Source: Chloroflexota bacterium (lineage in GTDB: Bacteria; Chloroflexota; UBA11872; VXNJ01). Taken from it: a DNA stretch of 64,000 bases. The position numbers and the translations under genes were made by a program. The notes beneath the pieces are model-generated. The model was not told the DNA's origin. It ran no database searches and worked only from the letters and a program-made list of their open reading frames with translations. Shown here piece by piece: positions 49,603-59,245 of this stretch. How positions within the stretch are numbered: position 1 is the stretch's first letter; each line of letters opens with the position of its first letter. The stretch is taken from the NCBI GenBank assembly GCA_965261345.1, contig OZ253449.1, positions 1,120,001 through 1,184,000 of the forward strand, given 5' to 3'.

Positions 49603-49806
49603 CTAGCGCTTTTTGCGGAGGATGGGCAGGCCGGTGCGGGCGTTTTCGGTAACTTCATAGCCATCCGGCATGCCGTCAATGGCGTTGTCGCGGGCGTCGC
49701 CGGCAAAGTAGTAGATGGTCTGCATCCGCCCACCATTTAGCTCGACATCTCGCGAGTGCAAGTAATAGATCTTGCCGGACTTGTTGCTGACAACCGAATA
49801 CGCCAC
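49603..49806 (-). CDS. Small hypothetical protein (67 aa)
   Basis: GTG start after GAGG; SGKIYYLH...GGRMQTIYYF...PDGYEVTENARTGLPILRK looks globular and natural; function unknown. Confidence 0.75.
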   Translation of the reverse strand: MAYSVVSNKSGKIYYLHSRDVELNGGRMQTIYYFAGDARDNAIDGMPDGYEVTENARTGLPILRKKR

Positions 49807-50109
49807 GTTCAACCTCAATGTTGATTTTTGTTAATTGGAACCGTGCTATTGCTGCAAAAGTTTAGTTGCAAGCAGCATTGGGCCTTCGCCTGCAATTTCA
49901 GACCGGTTTCGGCGAAACCACGCCCGTGCGTTTTGCAGGCTAGTACTTCCGCCCCCGAACCGATGATACCGGCCGGCGGAGGCGGCAATTTTGAGCAAAC
50001 CCAACAAATCGTATCAGATTGGGAGATCCGGTGCGGGCCCCTTTTTGATCGCTGCCGACCGCAACCATCGGACCTGCCAGCGCGCGTCTTGGCGGGCGCA
50101 CTACTTCGG

Positions 50110-50183
50110 TGGGCGCAACAGGACTTGAACCTGTGGCCTCCACGATGTCAACGTGGCGCTCTGGCCAACTGAGCTATGCGCCC
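50110..50183 (-). tRNA. tRNA-Val(GAC), CCA not encoded
   Basis: Reverse complement GGGCGCA...CCACG-TT-GAC-AT-CGTGG...GTTCAAGTC...TGCGCCC-A. Confidence 0.96.
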
Positions 50184-50223
50184 TCAGTCCAGCTTGGTCT
50201 TGATCTGGAAAGCGAATGCAAGT

Positions 50224-51042
50224 CTACAAATCGACAATGGCCGCGTTTATCCGCTCGCACAGGGCCTTGGCCGCCGCGCCCGCGGCTTCGGCGAATCCAG
50301 TACCCGAATCGGCGTAGATCACGCTGCGGCCAGCGTTGATCGCCGCTCCCACTCGCACCCCGCTCGCTGACAGCGCCGCCAGAGTTGCCTCCAGGTCCCC
50401 ACCCTGGGCGCCAATTCCAGGGATCAGGGTTGATGTGCTCGGGGCCAGGCGGCGGGCCCTGGCCAGAGCCCGCGGATCGTTCGCCCCGAGCACCAACCCG
50501 CAGTTGTCGGCACGATTGCCGGCCTCGGTTTGCCGGGCAATCTGCAGGTAGACCGGATCGCCCACCGGTCCGACCAGCTGGACTTGATCGCCGCTGCGAT
50601 TTGAAGACCGGCAGAGAACGAAAACACCCTTTTGAGGGTTTGCGCACAATCCCTCGATCGCCTCCCAGCCCATGTAGGGGGTGGCGGTCACGCCATCTAG
50701 GGCGAACGCATCCCGAGCTTTGGCGTAGGAATCTACGGTGTTGCCGATGTCGCCCCATTTGCCGTCGCCGATCAGCAGTCGATCGGCGGGCACGCGCTCG
50801 CGCAGGCTGCCGAGCAGCTCGCATCCCGGAATTCCCAAGGCCAAGAAAAATGCCCAGTTGAGTTTGTAGGCGCAGGCCCATTGGCAGGTCGTTGCAATGA
50901 TCGAGTCGAGGAAATACCTGAGCCCGTTAAAGTCGCGCGGAAGCGTTTCCGGCAGGCGGGCAAGATCGGGATCAAGTCCCACACAGACCAGTGAATCAGC
51001 TGACTGGTTCCCGGCCCTCAGCCTCGCGTTAAAGCTACCCAT
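50224..51042 (-). CDS. pyrF: Orotidine-5'-phosphate decarboxylase (subfamily 2)
   Basis: VCVGLDP, AYKLN, DGKWGDIGNT, PYMG, IPGIGAQGG. Confidence 0.95.
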   Translation of the reverse strand: MGSFNARLRAGNQSADSLVCVGLDPDLARLPETLPRDFNGLRYFLDSIIATTCQWACAYKLNWAFFLALGIPGCELLGSLRERVPADRLLIGDGKWGDIGNTVDSYAKARDAFALDGVTATPYMGWEAIEGLCANPQKGVFVLCRSSNRSGDQVQLVGPVGDPVYLQIARQTEAGNRADNCGLVLGANDPRALARARRLAPSTSTLIPGIGAQGGDLEATLAALSASGVRVGAAINAGRSVIYADSGTGFAEAAGAAAKALCERINAAIVDL

Positions 51043-51161
51043 GGCGTTGGCCGATGAAATCTGCCGGTTGTTGGTTCATGGGCGCCCTCCCGCGCATAGA
51101 ATGCATTCCGTATTTCCACTGGCGTACGCAGCTAATAAGCGTACGTCCGTACGAAGGGGGC

Positions 51162-51392
51162 GTGGTTTTGGGGTTTTTCGGAAGTAAGAAATCGGTGGCC
51201 GACCTGCCGGTTCGCAAAACGGTGAAAGTGATGCCGCGCGAGACGCTGCGCTCGATTGCCGGCCGTGAATACGGCGACGAGACGCAATGGGAAGTGATTT
51301 TCTCCAAGAACAAATGGCGCTTTGACGGGGCCGACCCGCTCACGATCTATCCGGGGATGGACCTGGATATCCCGGAGATCGAAGGCCAGTAA
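51162..51392 (+). CDS. Small standalone LysM-domain protein
   Basis: VKVMPRETLRSIAGREYGD...W..IF..N...DPLTIYPGMDLDIP; GAAGGGGG SD. Confidence 0.8.
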   Translation: MVLGFFGSKKSVADLPVRKTVKVMPRETLRSIAGREYGDETQWEVIFSKNKWRFDGADPLTIYPGMDLDIPEIEGQ

Positions 51393-51418
51393 CGGTCCCA
51401 GATCCAGACGGCGCTGGG

Positions 51419-51502
51419 TGCCGAAGGTCGGGTTCGAACCGACACGAGGTTGCCCTCACTGGTTTTTGAGACCAGCGCGTCTGCCAATTCCGCCACTTCG
51501 GC
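51419..51502 (-). tRNA. tRNA-Leu(CAA), CCA not encoded
   Basis: Reverse complement GCCGAAG...CTGGT-CT-CAA-AA-ACCAG, long variable arm, GTTCGAACC...CTTCGGC-A. Confidence 0.96.
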
Positions 51503-51503
51503 A

Positions 51504-51579
51504 TGGCAGGAGTGGAGGGACTCGAACCCCCGACCGGCGGTTTTGGAGACCGCTGCTCTTCCAACTGAGCTACACTCCT
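51504..51579 (-). tRNA. tRNA-Trp(CCA)
   Basis: Reverse complement AGGAGTG...GCGGT-CT-CCA-AA-ACCGC...GTTCGAGTC...CACTCCT-G-CCA. Confidence 0.97.
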
Positions 51580-51692
51580 TCTCTCGCGCCAATGGTAAAC
51601 GTTGCGGCCGGGCCTCGCGGTCAATGTGACCGAAAATATTTAGTGCGACATCGCGCCGATGTGCCCGCAACCCCCTCCACGGAGTTCCCTGA

Positions 51693-52520
51693 TTGGCTGT
51701 AAGCCCCGTTTCCAATCCGGAAGCCTTGCCCGCCTGGCCCAATGACTTTACCCATTTCTACGAAGCCCTGACCGGAGACTTTCGTGGCGATGTCCCAATG
51801 TACGTCAAGCTTGCCGAAGAGCGTGGCAATCCCGTGATATTGGACGTTGCCTGCGGCACCGGGCGCGTCGCCATCCCCCTGGCCGAGGCCGGCTTTAGGG
51901 TCACCGGGATCGATTTTGACGCCGAAATGGTCAACCTGGCCAAGGCCAAAGCCGAACATTTGGAATTGCAGAAGCGGGCGGTCTTCTTTCGGCGCCGGAT
52001 GCAGTCGTTCAAGCTGCGGCGTAAGAATTTCGACCTGGTTCTGATCGGGGCCGATTCGTTGGCCCACCTGCTGGATCCGGCCGACATCCTTAGCACCCTG
52101 CGCAGCTGCGGTGAGCACCTGGACCCTTCCGGCTCGCTGTTTGTCACCTACAAGCAGTCTCCCTACTTGGAATGTGCCGGGAAATACCACGTCCAGAAAG
52201 AGCGTCCGCGCCACGTTTTCAACAAAAATCTCAACGAGACCCTGCAGTACAAGGGGACCACGATCGTGGACCCCAACTTTCAGCGGATCATGTTCCACCA
52301 CGAATTTGCTCCACCCCGGACGGAGCGGACCCGCGAGAACACGATCGTGTTTGAGTACAAAACCCGGCCGGTGTTCCCGGGTGAGCTGATCCTGCAGCTC
52401 TCGCAGGCCGGATTCGAAGTGGTCGCTCAATCCGGCGACTTCGCGCTGTCGCCACTGATGCCGCAGAGCGAAAAGCTGATCATCGAAGCTCGCCACCGGA
52501 ACCGCCCGCAGGGCAGTTGA
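51693..52520 (+). CDS. Class I SAM-dependent methyltransferase
   Basis: ILDVACGTGR, VTGID, FDLV, HLDPSG. Confidence 0.9.
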   Translation: MAVSPVSNPEALPAWPNDFTHFYEALTGDFRGDVPMYVKLAEERGNPVILDVACGTGRVAIPLAEAGFRVTGIDFDAEMVNLAKAKAEHLELQKRAVFFRRRMQSFKLRRKNFDLVLIGADSLAHLLDPADILSTLRSCGEHLDPSGSLFVTYKQSPYLECAGKYHVQKERPRHVFNKNLNETLQYKGTTIVDPNFQRIMFHHEFAPPRTERTRENTIVFEYKTRPVFPGELILQLSQAGFEVVAQSGDFALSPLMPQSEKLIIEARHRNRPQGS

Positions 52521-52529
52521 GCCCGCTTG

Positions 52530-54188
52530 CTAAGCGCCGGGCCGATGGCTGTTTACGGTCGCCAGGTAGTTGGCGGCGGTCTGTTCGGCAAACCTTCGAT
52601 CGCGACCCAACAGGCTAGCTAGCAAACCTGCGGCGGGTGCGGCGGCGGCCGCACCGTTGTCGTCGCCGACCAGGAGAATCCGGCGGCGGCGGGCGAACAT
52701 GTCCTCGAGGGTCTGGACCTGTTCATGGGCGACCGCGTACTCCAGCTCGGCCGTCCGCACGTCGGTGCCGGGCAACAATTCTTCCCGGCCGCGACCCGCC
52801 AACCGGGCGATTTCGGCGGCACCCTCACCGTAAACGGTCCGTAGCAATTGCGCCGGATCGGGGTCGGACACCGATGTCGCGCCGCGGTCCGGTGGGTCGC
52901 CGATGCGGCGGTTGACCGGTATCTGGCCGGTGTCCGCACCGCTGCCGGGAAGCTGGTCAAAATCGCCCAGTTCGGCAACCACCAGGGCGGTAAGGCGCTT
53001 GGCGATTTGGCGATAGGTGGTCAATTTGCCGCCACCGACCGCCACCATTCCGCTGCGGCTGCGCAACAGTTTCTCGCGGCGCGAAGTGGCCTCCAGATCG
53101 ATGCCGGCTTGGCGGATGAGCGGGCGTATTCCGGCCTGCGCGCCAATGACCGGAGCTTGGCCCAGACCCAACCCGGGCAGGCGCGAATCGATTGATTCGA
53201 GCAAGTAGGCAATGCCCGGCGCATCCGGCAGCGGGTTGTCCAGCGGCCCTCGGTAGGCGGTGTCGGTGGTCCCAATCATCAGGCGCCCGTACCACGGAAT
53301 GGCAAAAATCAAGCGGCCGTCCGAGGGCGCCGAAAGGGTGAAGGCGGTATCCCTTGGCAACTCGCCCCGCGGCACGAAGATGTGGATTCCCTTGGCCGGG
53401 GCGATAACCGGGTGCCAGTCGGGATCGTCTAGGGCCATTAGCTGGTCGAGCCAGACTCCGCAAGCCAGAACGACCCGCCGGGCGTAGATCACGAACTCGT
53501 GCCCGCCCACCTGATCGGCCACGACCACGCGGTGACATCCATCCTGCTTTTCAATTGCCAGCACCGGGCAATAGTTAGCCATCCGGGCGCCCAGCGAGGC
53601 GGCGGTTTTTGCCACCTGGATTGTCAATCGCGAATCGTCAGTGAGCGCGTCCCAGTAGGTGAACGCGCCGTGCGCACCACCCGCCAAAAGAGGCTGATAG
53701 CGCTCCTGCAAGCTGGCTCGAGAAACCCCGACATTGCGCGAATGCCCACCGAACCCGCCCATGAGGTCGTAGGTAGTTAACCCAACCCGCAATTGCGCGG
53801 CCTGCCAGGGACCTCCGTAGAACGGGAGCACGAACGGAATTTCACTAACCAGCCCCGGGGCCAGCTGCCCCAGTCGGCGGCGCTCGTGAGCTGATTCCTG
53901 GACCAAGTCGAATTCGAGATGCCGGAGATAGCGCAGCCCGCCATGAATCAGTTTTGTCGAACGCGACGACGTCCCGGAGCTGAAATCGCGGGCCTCGATC
54001 AGGCCGGTTGCCAGCCCGCGCGCCGAGCATTCCAGCGCAACTCCGCAACCGGTGATCCCGCCGCCCACAATTAGCACGTCAAGCAGGCCCTGGGAAAGCC
54101 CGTCCACGGCGTCGGCACGCCGTCCCAGCGAGAGACGTCCCTGCCGGTTGGGCGGCGGCTCACTGAAGCGTTGTTGCGGTGTTAACAA
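52530..54188 (-). CDS. glpD: FAD-dependent glycerol-3-phosphate dehydrogenase/oxidase
   Basis: IVGGGITG, GTSSRSTKLIHGGLRYL, DDSRL, KGIH, IGTTD, AGIRPL, GGKLTTYR; start approximate. Confidence 0.93.
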   Translation of the reverse strand: MLTPQQRFSEPPPNRQGRLSLGRRADAVDGLSQGLLDVLIVGGGITGCGVALECSARGLATGLIEARDFSSGTSSRSTKLIHGGLRYLRHLEFDLVQESAHERRRLGQLAPGLVSEIPFVLPFYGGPWQAAQLRVGLTTYDLMGGFGGHSRNVGVSRASLQERYQPLLAGGAHGAFTYWDALTDDSRLTIQVAKTAASLGARMANYCPVLAIEKQDGCHRVVVADQVGGHEFVIYARRVVLACGVWLDQLMALDDPDWHPVIAPAKGIHIFVPRGELPRDTAFTLSAPSDGRLIFAIPWYGRLMIGTTDTAYRGPLDNPLPDAPGIAYLLESIDSRLPGLGLGQAPVIGAQAGIRPLIRQAGIDLEATSRREKLLRSRSGMVAVGGGKLTTYRQIAKRLTALVVAELGDFDQLPGSGADTGQIPVNRRIGDPPDRGATSVSDPDPAQLLRTVYGEGAAEIARLAGRGREELLPGTDVRTAELEYAVAHEQVQTLEDMFARRRRILLVGDDNGAAAAAPAAGLLASLLGRDRRFAEQTAANYLATVNSHRPGA

Positions 54189-54241
54189 GACATCACGCCT
54201 AACATTTGCCAGGATCAAGGCAGTTGGCGAAGGGCCCGAAA

Positions 54242-55279
54242 TTGTCCAAATCGAATGCCCTACCCCTCATCATGGCCGGGTTGGGTGGAATTTCCCGGCA
54301 ATGGTTGGCGGCCCTGGCAGACAATCCGGACTGGGAATTGGTAGCCGCCTGCGACCCCGATCCGGCGGCCCGGCAGCGCCTGGTCGAATCGGGTTGCCTG
54401 CCCGCCGAACGGGTGCATCGCCGAATCGAACCGGCGCTTGAAGTTGCGCCAGGGGCGGCGGTATTGATGCTCATACCTCCGGACCGGCGATTGGAAACCG
54501 GCCGACTGTGCCTGCTGCGCGGCCACCCGCTGCTTAGCGAAAAGCCGATGAGCGTGTTCCCGCAGCACGCCCTGGCTCTGACCGAGACTGCACGGCGCAC
54601 CGGCGTTCCCTATGCGGTAAATCAAAACTACCGATTTTGTGTCTTTGCCCGAACTGTCCGCCAATTGATTGCCGGGCAAGCGGTCGGCCCAATCGCTTTC
54701 GCCGAGGGCTCGACCCACAAATTCTTCCCCGCCCGCGGATACCGGGCCGAAATCGCCGACGTGATGGTTTTTGAAATGGGCGTCCACTATGTGGATCTGC
54801 TCCGCTACTGGTTTGACTGCGAGTTGGCCGCGGTGCAGGCGGTCGCGCCCGCAATCCCATTCAACAGCCACAATTCCGAACCGGTGTTTCAGGCTCTCTT
54901 TGAGATGGCCGCCGGCCCGACGGTGGCGGTTACCGCGAGTCGCGAGAGTCGCGGGCAGGTTGACGGATTCGAAGGGCGCTGGCGCTTTTGCGGTCCCGAC
55001 GGGTCGATCCACATCAACGATTTTGGCCAAGGCTTAGGGGTTTACCTCGACCGGCAGGCCGGCCAACGGCCGGAACTGATTGCCAAGAGCCGCGGAATCG
55101 AAGAAGGGTTTCGCGCCCAGCTGGATGATTTTTGCTCCAGCCTCCGGCAGGGCCGGCCAGCTGAGACCAATTGTTTTGACAACCTGCGCACGATCGCCGG
55201 GTGCTACGCCATTGGACAGGCATATCGCTCCGGTCTCCGGACGACCCCGGCGCAGATGCTTCCGGCGGCTTTCATCTAG
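54242..55279 (+). CDS. Gfo/Idh/MocA family oxidoreductase
   Basis: AGLGG, VAACD, SEKPM, NQNYRF, EMGVHYVD. Confidence 0.9.
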   Translation: MSKSNALPLIMAGLGGISRQWLAALADNPDWELVAACDPDPAARQRLVESGCLPAERVHRRIEPALEVAPGAAVLMLIPPDRRLETGRLCLLRGHPLLSEKPMSVFPQHALALTETARRTGVPYAVNQNYRFCVFARTVRQLIAGQAVGPIAFAEGSTHKFFPARGYRAEIADVMVFEMGVHYVDLLRYWFDCELAAVQAVAPAIPFNSHNSEPVFQALFEMAAGPTVAVTASRESRGQVDGFEGRWRFCGPDGSIHINDFGQGLGVYLDRQAGQRPELIAKSRGIEEGFRAQLDDFCSSLRQGRPAETNCFDNLRTIAGCYAIGQAYRSGLRTTPAQMLPAAFI

Positions 55280-55304
55280 GGCCGGCAGGGGGGCCGGTCC
55301 AAGA

Positions 55305-56090
55305 ATGCGAATCGCTACCTTCAATACGTTTGAGGGCGGGCACGCCCGCCTCGGGGCAGTGGGCGGCCGGGAGAACTTGATTTTGAAGGTCGTCCGGGAT
55401 ATAGCCCCTGACCTGATCGCCCTGCAGGAACTGGTCGGTTGGGAGCGCGCCGGCCGTGCCCGGTTCGAATCCTTCGCCCGCGCCACCGGTCTGGTTGGAG
55501 AGATCTTCGTCGGCGGCGGTTTTCCGATGGGGTTGCTGGTGCGCGAGCCCTGGAAGTTGATGGCGGCGCGATTCCTCCGCCAGGGTTTTTGGCATGGCCT
55601 AATCGTCGCCGAGCTCGGTGACCCCGACGGCCGGCGGTGGCAGGTGCTGGCCGCCCATCTCTCTCCGCGTGGACCCAGACAACGGCTGGACGAGCTCTCG
55701 ATCGCGCTGGCCGCGGTCGACCCGGCGGTGCCAACGATCCTGCTCGGTGACCTGAATCTGCTAAGCCATCTTGACCGCCTCCAGTCGTGCGACCTCTCGC
55801 TGCCTACGTTTATCCGGCATTCGAGCGCCGGGCGGCTTGACCAGCGGGTATCGCGGCGGCTGGCAGGGCTCGGACTGGTCGATGCTTTCGCGCACCTCCA
55901 CACCGGTTGCCGCGGCCAAACCATCCCGACTCCAGCGGCGCCCGAGTCGCCGTTCTCGGCAGCGCGCCTCGACTACGTGCACCTGTCGGCCGCCCTGCTA
56001 GCCCGTCTGCGCAGCGCCGCCGTGTATCGCAGCGCCCCAGCCGAATCGGCTTCCGACCACTACCCGCTGGTAGTCGAATTGGAAGATTGA
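55305..56090 (+). CDS. Endonuclease/exonuclease/phosphatase (EEP) family protein
   Basis: MRIATFN, PDLIALQE, AAHL, LGDLN, RLDYV, SDHYP. Confidence 0.92.
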   Translation: MRIATFNTFEGGHARLGAVGGRENLILKVVRDIAPDLIALQELVGWERAGRARFESFARATGLVGEIFVGGGFPMGLLVREPWKLMAARFLRQGFWHGLIVAELGDPDGRRWQVLAAHLSPRGPRQRLDELSIALAAVDPAVPTILLGDLNLLSHLDRLQSCDLSLPTFIRHSSAGRLDQRVSRRLAGLGLVDAFAHLHTGCRGQTIPTPAAPESPFSAARLDYVHLSAALLARLRSAAVYRSAPAESASDHYPLVVELED

Positions 56091-56126
56091 CCGGCTGCTG
56101 GAGCTTGCCGGTCTCGGGCGCCCGTC

Positions 56127-56202
56127 TGGCTCCCCTGGAAGGACTCGAACCTTCAACCTAGCGGTTAACAGCCGCCCGCTCTACCAATTGAGCTACAGAG
56201 GA
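56127..56202 (-). tRNA. tRNA-Asn(GUU)
   Basis: Reverse complement TCCTCTG...GGCGG-CT-GTT-AA-CCGCT...GTTCGAGTC...CAGGGGA-G-CCA. Confidence 0.97.
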
Positions 56203-56276
56203 ATGCGGTTCAGTGTGAAGGCGATCAACGATTATTTTGCAACTTTTTACGGCCTGCGGCGGCGGCCCGGCGCGCC

Positions 56277-56903
56277 CTAGCCGACTTTGGCGTTCGCGTC
56301 GGTGACCAGGTGCTCGGCTATGGCGGCGATCGGGACCATCGGGGCGTCGAATTTTCGGGCGAATTCGAGCAATTCTTCGGCGCGCATCATTTCCCCGTGG
56401 CGCCCCTGGATCTCGGAGATGACCGCCGCCGGATATAGGCCGGCCAGCTTCATCAGTTCGATCGCGCCCTCGGTGTGCCCGCGCCTGGCCGCTAGCCCGG
56501 CCGGATGGGCACGCAGCGGGAAGACGTGACCGGGTGAGACAAAATCGGACGGTTTGGAGGAATCGTCAACCAACGCCCGGATCGTGATCTCGCGATCGAG
56601 CGCCGAACTGCCGGAGGTGGTCCCGTGGCGGTAGTCGACGGTCACCGTAAAGGGGGTGTGGAATTCGTCGTCGGTGTTGGACCGCGCCATCAATTCAATG
56701 CCCAACTTGGCCAGCCGCGCCGCAGTCATCGCCACCGTGATAAAGGTTCGGCACTGCTCTGCCATGAAGGTGATCGCATCAGCGGTGATAAATTCCGCGG
56801 CCACAACCACGTCACCCTCGTTCTCACGGTCAATATCATCGACCAGAACGGCCATCCCGCCATGGCGCAGGGACTCTATGGCTTTAGCGAGTTGTTCGGT
56901 CAT
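56277..56903 (-). CDS. ribB: 3,4-dihydroxy-2-butanone-4-phosphate synthase
   Basis: DDIDRENEGD, FTVTVD, SALDR, PGHVFPL, RRGHTE. Confidence 0.95.
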   Translation of the reverse strand: MTEQLAKAIESLRHGGMAVLVDDIDRENEGDVVVAAEFITADAITFMAEQCRTFITVAMTAARLAKLGIELMARSNTDDEFHTPFTVTVDYRHGTTSGSSALDREITIRALVDDSSKPSDFVSPGHVFPLRAHPAGLAARRGHTEGAIELMKLAGLYPAAVISEIQGRHGEMMRAEELLEFARKFDAPMVPIAAIAEHLVTDANAKVG

Positions 56904-57039
56904 ACAACCGCCCGGGCAATTGGTTGAGGGGATTTAAAGGTCGATACCAGACTGCAAAGTTTCGCCTACGGCCCGAGCTTAGATTAGTTTGCCCGATCTC
57001 CGCCCAACCGGCACCGGGGTCATCTGGGGCCAGGCACAA

Positions 57040-58323
57040 ATGCACGATTTACTTTCCGTCGAATTCGCACTGGAGCGCGTCCTAAACCGTGCTCGCCCAT
57101 TGGACCCAGTCTTAGTCGAGCTGGAGGAGGCCGGCGGAATGGTGCTTGCCGCCGATTTGATCGCGCCCAGTGCGGTGCCCCCGCACGACAATTCGGCCCT
57201 GGACGGTTACGCGGTCCGGGCGGCCGATATTGCCGCCGCCGGCCAGCGGTCTCCCGCCCGCCTGGCGGTGATTTACGAACAGCCGGCCGGGGCCGCGAAC
57301 ACGACGCCGATCGGCCCCGGCGAGGCGGTGCGAATAATGACCGGCGCACCGCTTCCGCCGGGAGCCGATGCGGTCGTGGGGTTTGAGGACACCGACCGCC
57401 AGGACTGGGGCCAGAATTCGGGCGCACGCAACACTCCAAGTGAGGACGCCGCCGTGGCGGTGTTGGCGCCGGCAGCCCCGGGCGAGGCGATTCGCCGCGC
57501 CGGCGAGGACCTGCAATCAGGCCAGTTGGCCCTCCCGTCCGGGACCGTAATCAACCCCGGTGCGGTCGGGGTGGCAGCTTCGATCGGGGCCACCAAGGTT
57601 CTAGTCCACCGGCGACCACGAGTGGCGATCATACCCACCGGCGACGAGGTGGTGGAGATAGACGCCTCGCCGGGCCCAGGCCAGATCCGCAACAACCACG
57701 CCTGGGCGTTGGCCGAATCGGTGCGCATCCACGGGGGTTTGCCCGATCGCCGGCCGATCGTCCGCGACCAGATAGAGGCGGTCCGGCAGGCTCTGCTGGC
57801 GGCGGCGGAGAGTTCGGACCTGGTGCTTACCATCGGTGGGGTTTCGGTAGGCGATCACGACCTCGTCAAGAACGTGATCGGCGAACACCGAATTGATTTC
57901 TGGCGGATCCGCATGAAACCTGGAAAGCCGCTGGCGGTCGGCACGATTGCTGGCACCCCGGTGCTCGGCTTGCCCGGTAATCCGGTTTCCGGGTTGGTGG
58001 TATTTGAGCTGTTCGGGCGGCCGCTGCTGCTAACGATGCTGGGGCGCCGCAACACCCGGAGGCCGCGCCTGCGGGCCCGTGCCGCGGGCCCGGTGCCCGG
58101 TGATCTGGTGCGGCGCACCTACGCCCGGGTGACCGTATGGCAGGACGAGACCGGGTACCGGTGCCTGCCGACCGGCGCCCAAGGATCTGGCATCATGTCG
58201 TCGTTGGCCAAGGCCGACGGATTGGCGATTGTCCCCGAGGGGCGCCTTCAGATCGAACCCGGCGAGCTGGTCGAGGTCGAGATGTTCGGATGGTCGGCTA
58301 TGGCGGAGGACCCTGCCGGCTAA
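57040..58323 (+). CDS. moeA: Molybdopterin molybdenumtransferase
   Basis: PPHDNSALDGYAV, RIMTGAP, TGDE, GGVSVGDHD, MKPGKP, LPGNP, QGSG. Confidence 0.96.
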   Translation: MHDLLSVEFALERVLNRARPLDPVLVELEEAGGMVLAADLIAPSAVPPHDNSALDGYAVRAADIAAAGQRSPARLAVIYEQPAGAANTTPIGPGEAVRIMTGAPLPPGADAVVGFEDTDRQDWGQNSGARNTPSEDAAVAVLAPAAPGEAIRRAGEDLQSGQLALPSGTVINPGAVGVAASIGATKVLVHRRPRVAIIPTGDEVVEIDASPGPGQIRNNHAWALAESVRIHGGLPDRRPIVRDQIEAVRQALLAAAESSDLVLTIGGVSVGDHDLVKNVIGEHRIDFWRIRMKPGKPLAVGTIAGTPVLGLPGNPVSGLVVFELFGRPLLLTMLGRRNTRRPRLRARAAGPVPGDLVRRTYARVTVWQDETGYRCLPTGAQGSGIMSSLAKADGLAIVPEGRLQIEPGELVEVEMFGWSAMAEDPAG

Positions 58324-58875
58324 CCGGAATTGCCCGGGCTCGGTGCCCCGGCGGCGGACGGGCTGGGTCTGGATGGTCTTGCGCTTGGCCAGGTGATCGT
58401 GCCAACCGCGGGCATCCCGGTCGGCCAAGAGGGTGATCTAAGGCCACCCAAGGTTGACAAGCACGATTGCCACCAAGATCAAATACAAGAATTGACGGGC
58501 GATGATTGCGCCGGCGCCGTCCTCCGCGCCATCGATTCGCGCCACCCATCGGCCGCGCAATTTCTCGCCGATCATGGCCCGCCCGGGGGCCAGAGCACGA
58601 ATACGGATTTGTAGGCAATACCCGTAATCGGCGGCAGGACGGCAATTACGACGAACGCTAAAAACCGGCGCGGGGCCATCGTCAAATCTGGCCGAGCCGG
58701 CGATGCCGATCCCGCCTGCAACGCCAAATACCAGCGCCACCGGGATGATCGGTGCGGCATCGACTGCGGCAGCGCCCAGACGCTTGGTTTTGGAGGCGGT
58801 ATCCAACTCGGCCTTCCCTCCGAATCCCAGGTAGTCACGCACGCGGCGGCCCGGCCGGTTCACAGGATCGCGCAT
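58322..58875 (-). pseudogene. RDD-family membrane protein pseudogene (frameshifts plus in-frame TAG)
   Basis: ASKTKRLGAAAVD (N-terminal R..D); a TM segment shifted into another frame (FLAFVVIAVLPPITGIAY); IGEKLRGRWVARIDG; in-frame TAG at 58440-58438 followed by ...RGWHDHLA. Confidence 0.7.
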
Positions 58876-58978
58876 CGGGCGATGCGACGCCAATTTGTTC
58901 GATCGCGCCACCGGCCCAGCGCGATTGAGCGGGGCGGGCAAAAACCAATAGACTGGCAGCGCCGTGACGGCAAGTTGC

Positions 58979-59055
58979 GGGCGCATAGCTCAGTTGGCCA
59001 GAGCGCGCGGTTCACATCCGCGAGGTCACAGGTTCAAGTCCTGTTGCGCCCACCA
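58979..59055 (+). tRNA. tRNA-Val(CAC)
   Basis: GGGCGCA...CGCGG-TT-CAC-AT-CCGCG...GTTCAAGTC...TGCGCCC-A-CCA. Confidence 0.96.
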
Positions 59056-59245
59056 GCCCGGCAACGGAAACCGGGTGAATTGGCCAATGCCGGCCAGCTT
59101 GACCCGGCGTGCCTGCTACCCCGGTTTGCAAACTCCAGGGAACCGGACGCCAGATCGGTATCCGACAAATCAACCGCGCGCTTCCTAACCTTGGCGGCGA
59201 TGACTTTGACAATTGACAACCTCCCGGCCGGATAGGCGATCGCCG

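Noticed and set aside
56904-57039. FMN riboswitch before ribB or Moco riboswitch before moeA
   Set aside because: No conserved FMN (GGGCAGGGTG..ATTCCC) or Moco aptamer motifs on either strand
58438-58440. Programmed amber readthrough (pyrrolysine) in the RDD gene
   Set aside because: Additional frameshifts indicate decay; many genes here use TAG as a normal stop; no pyl genes seen
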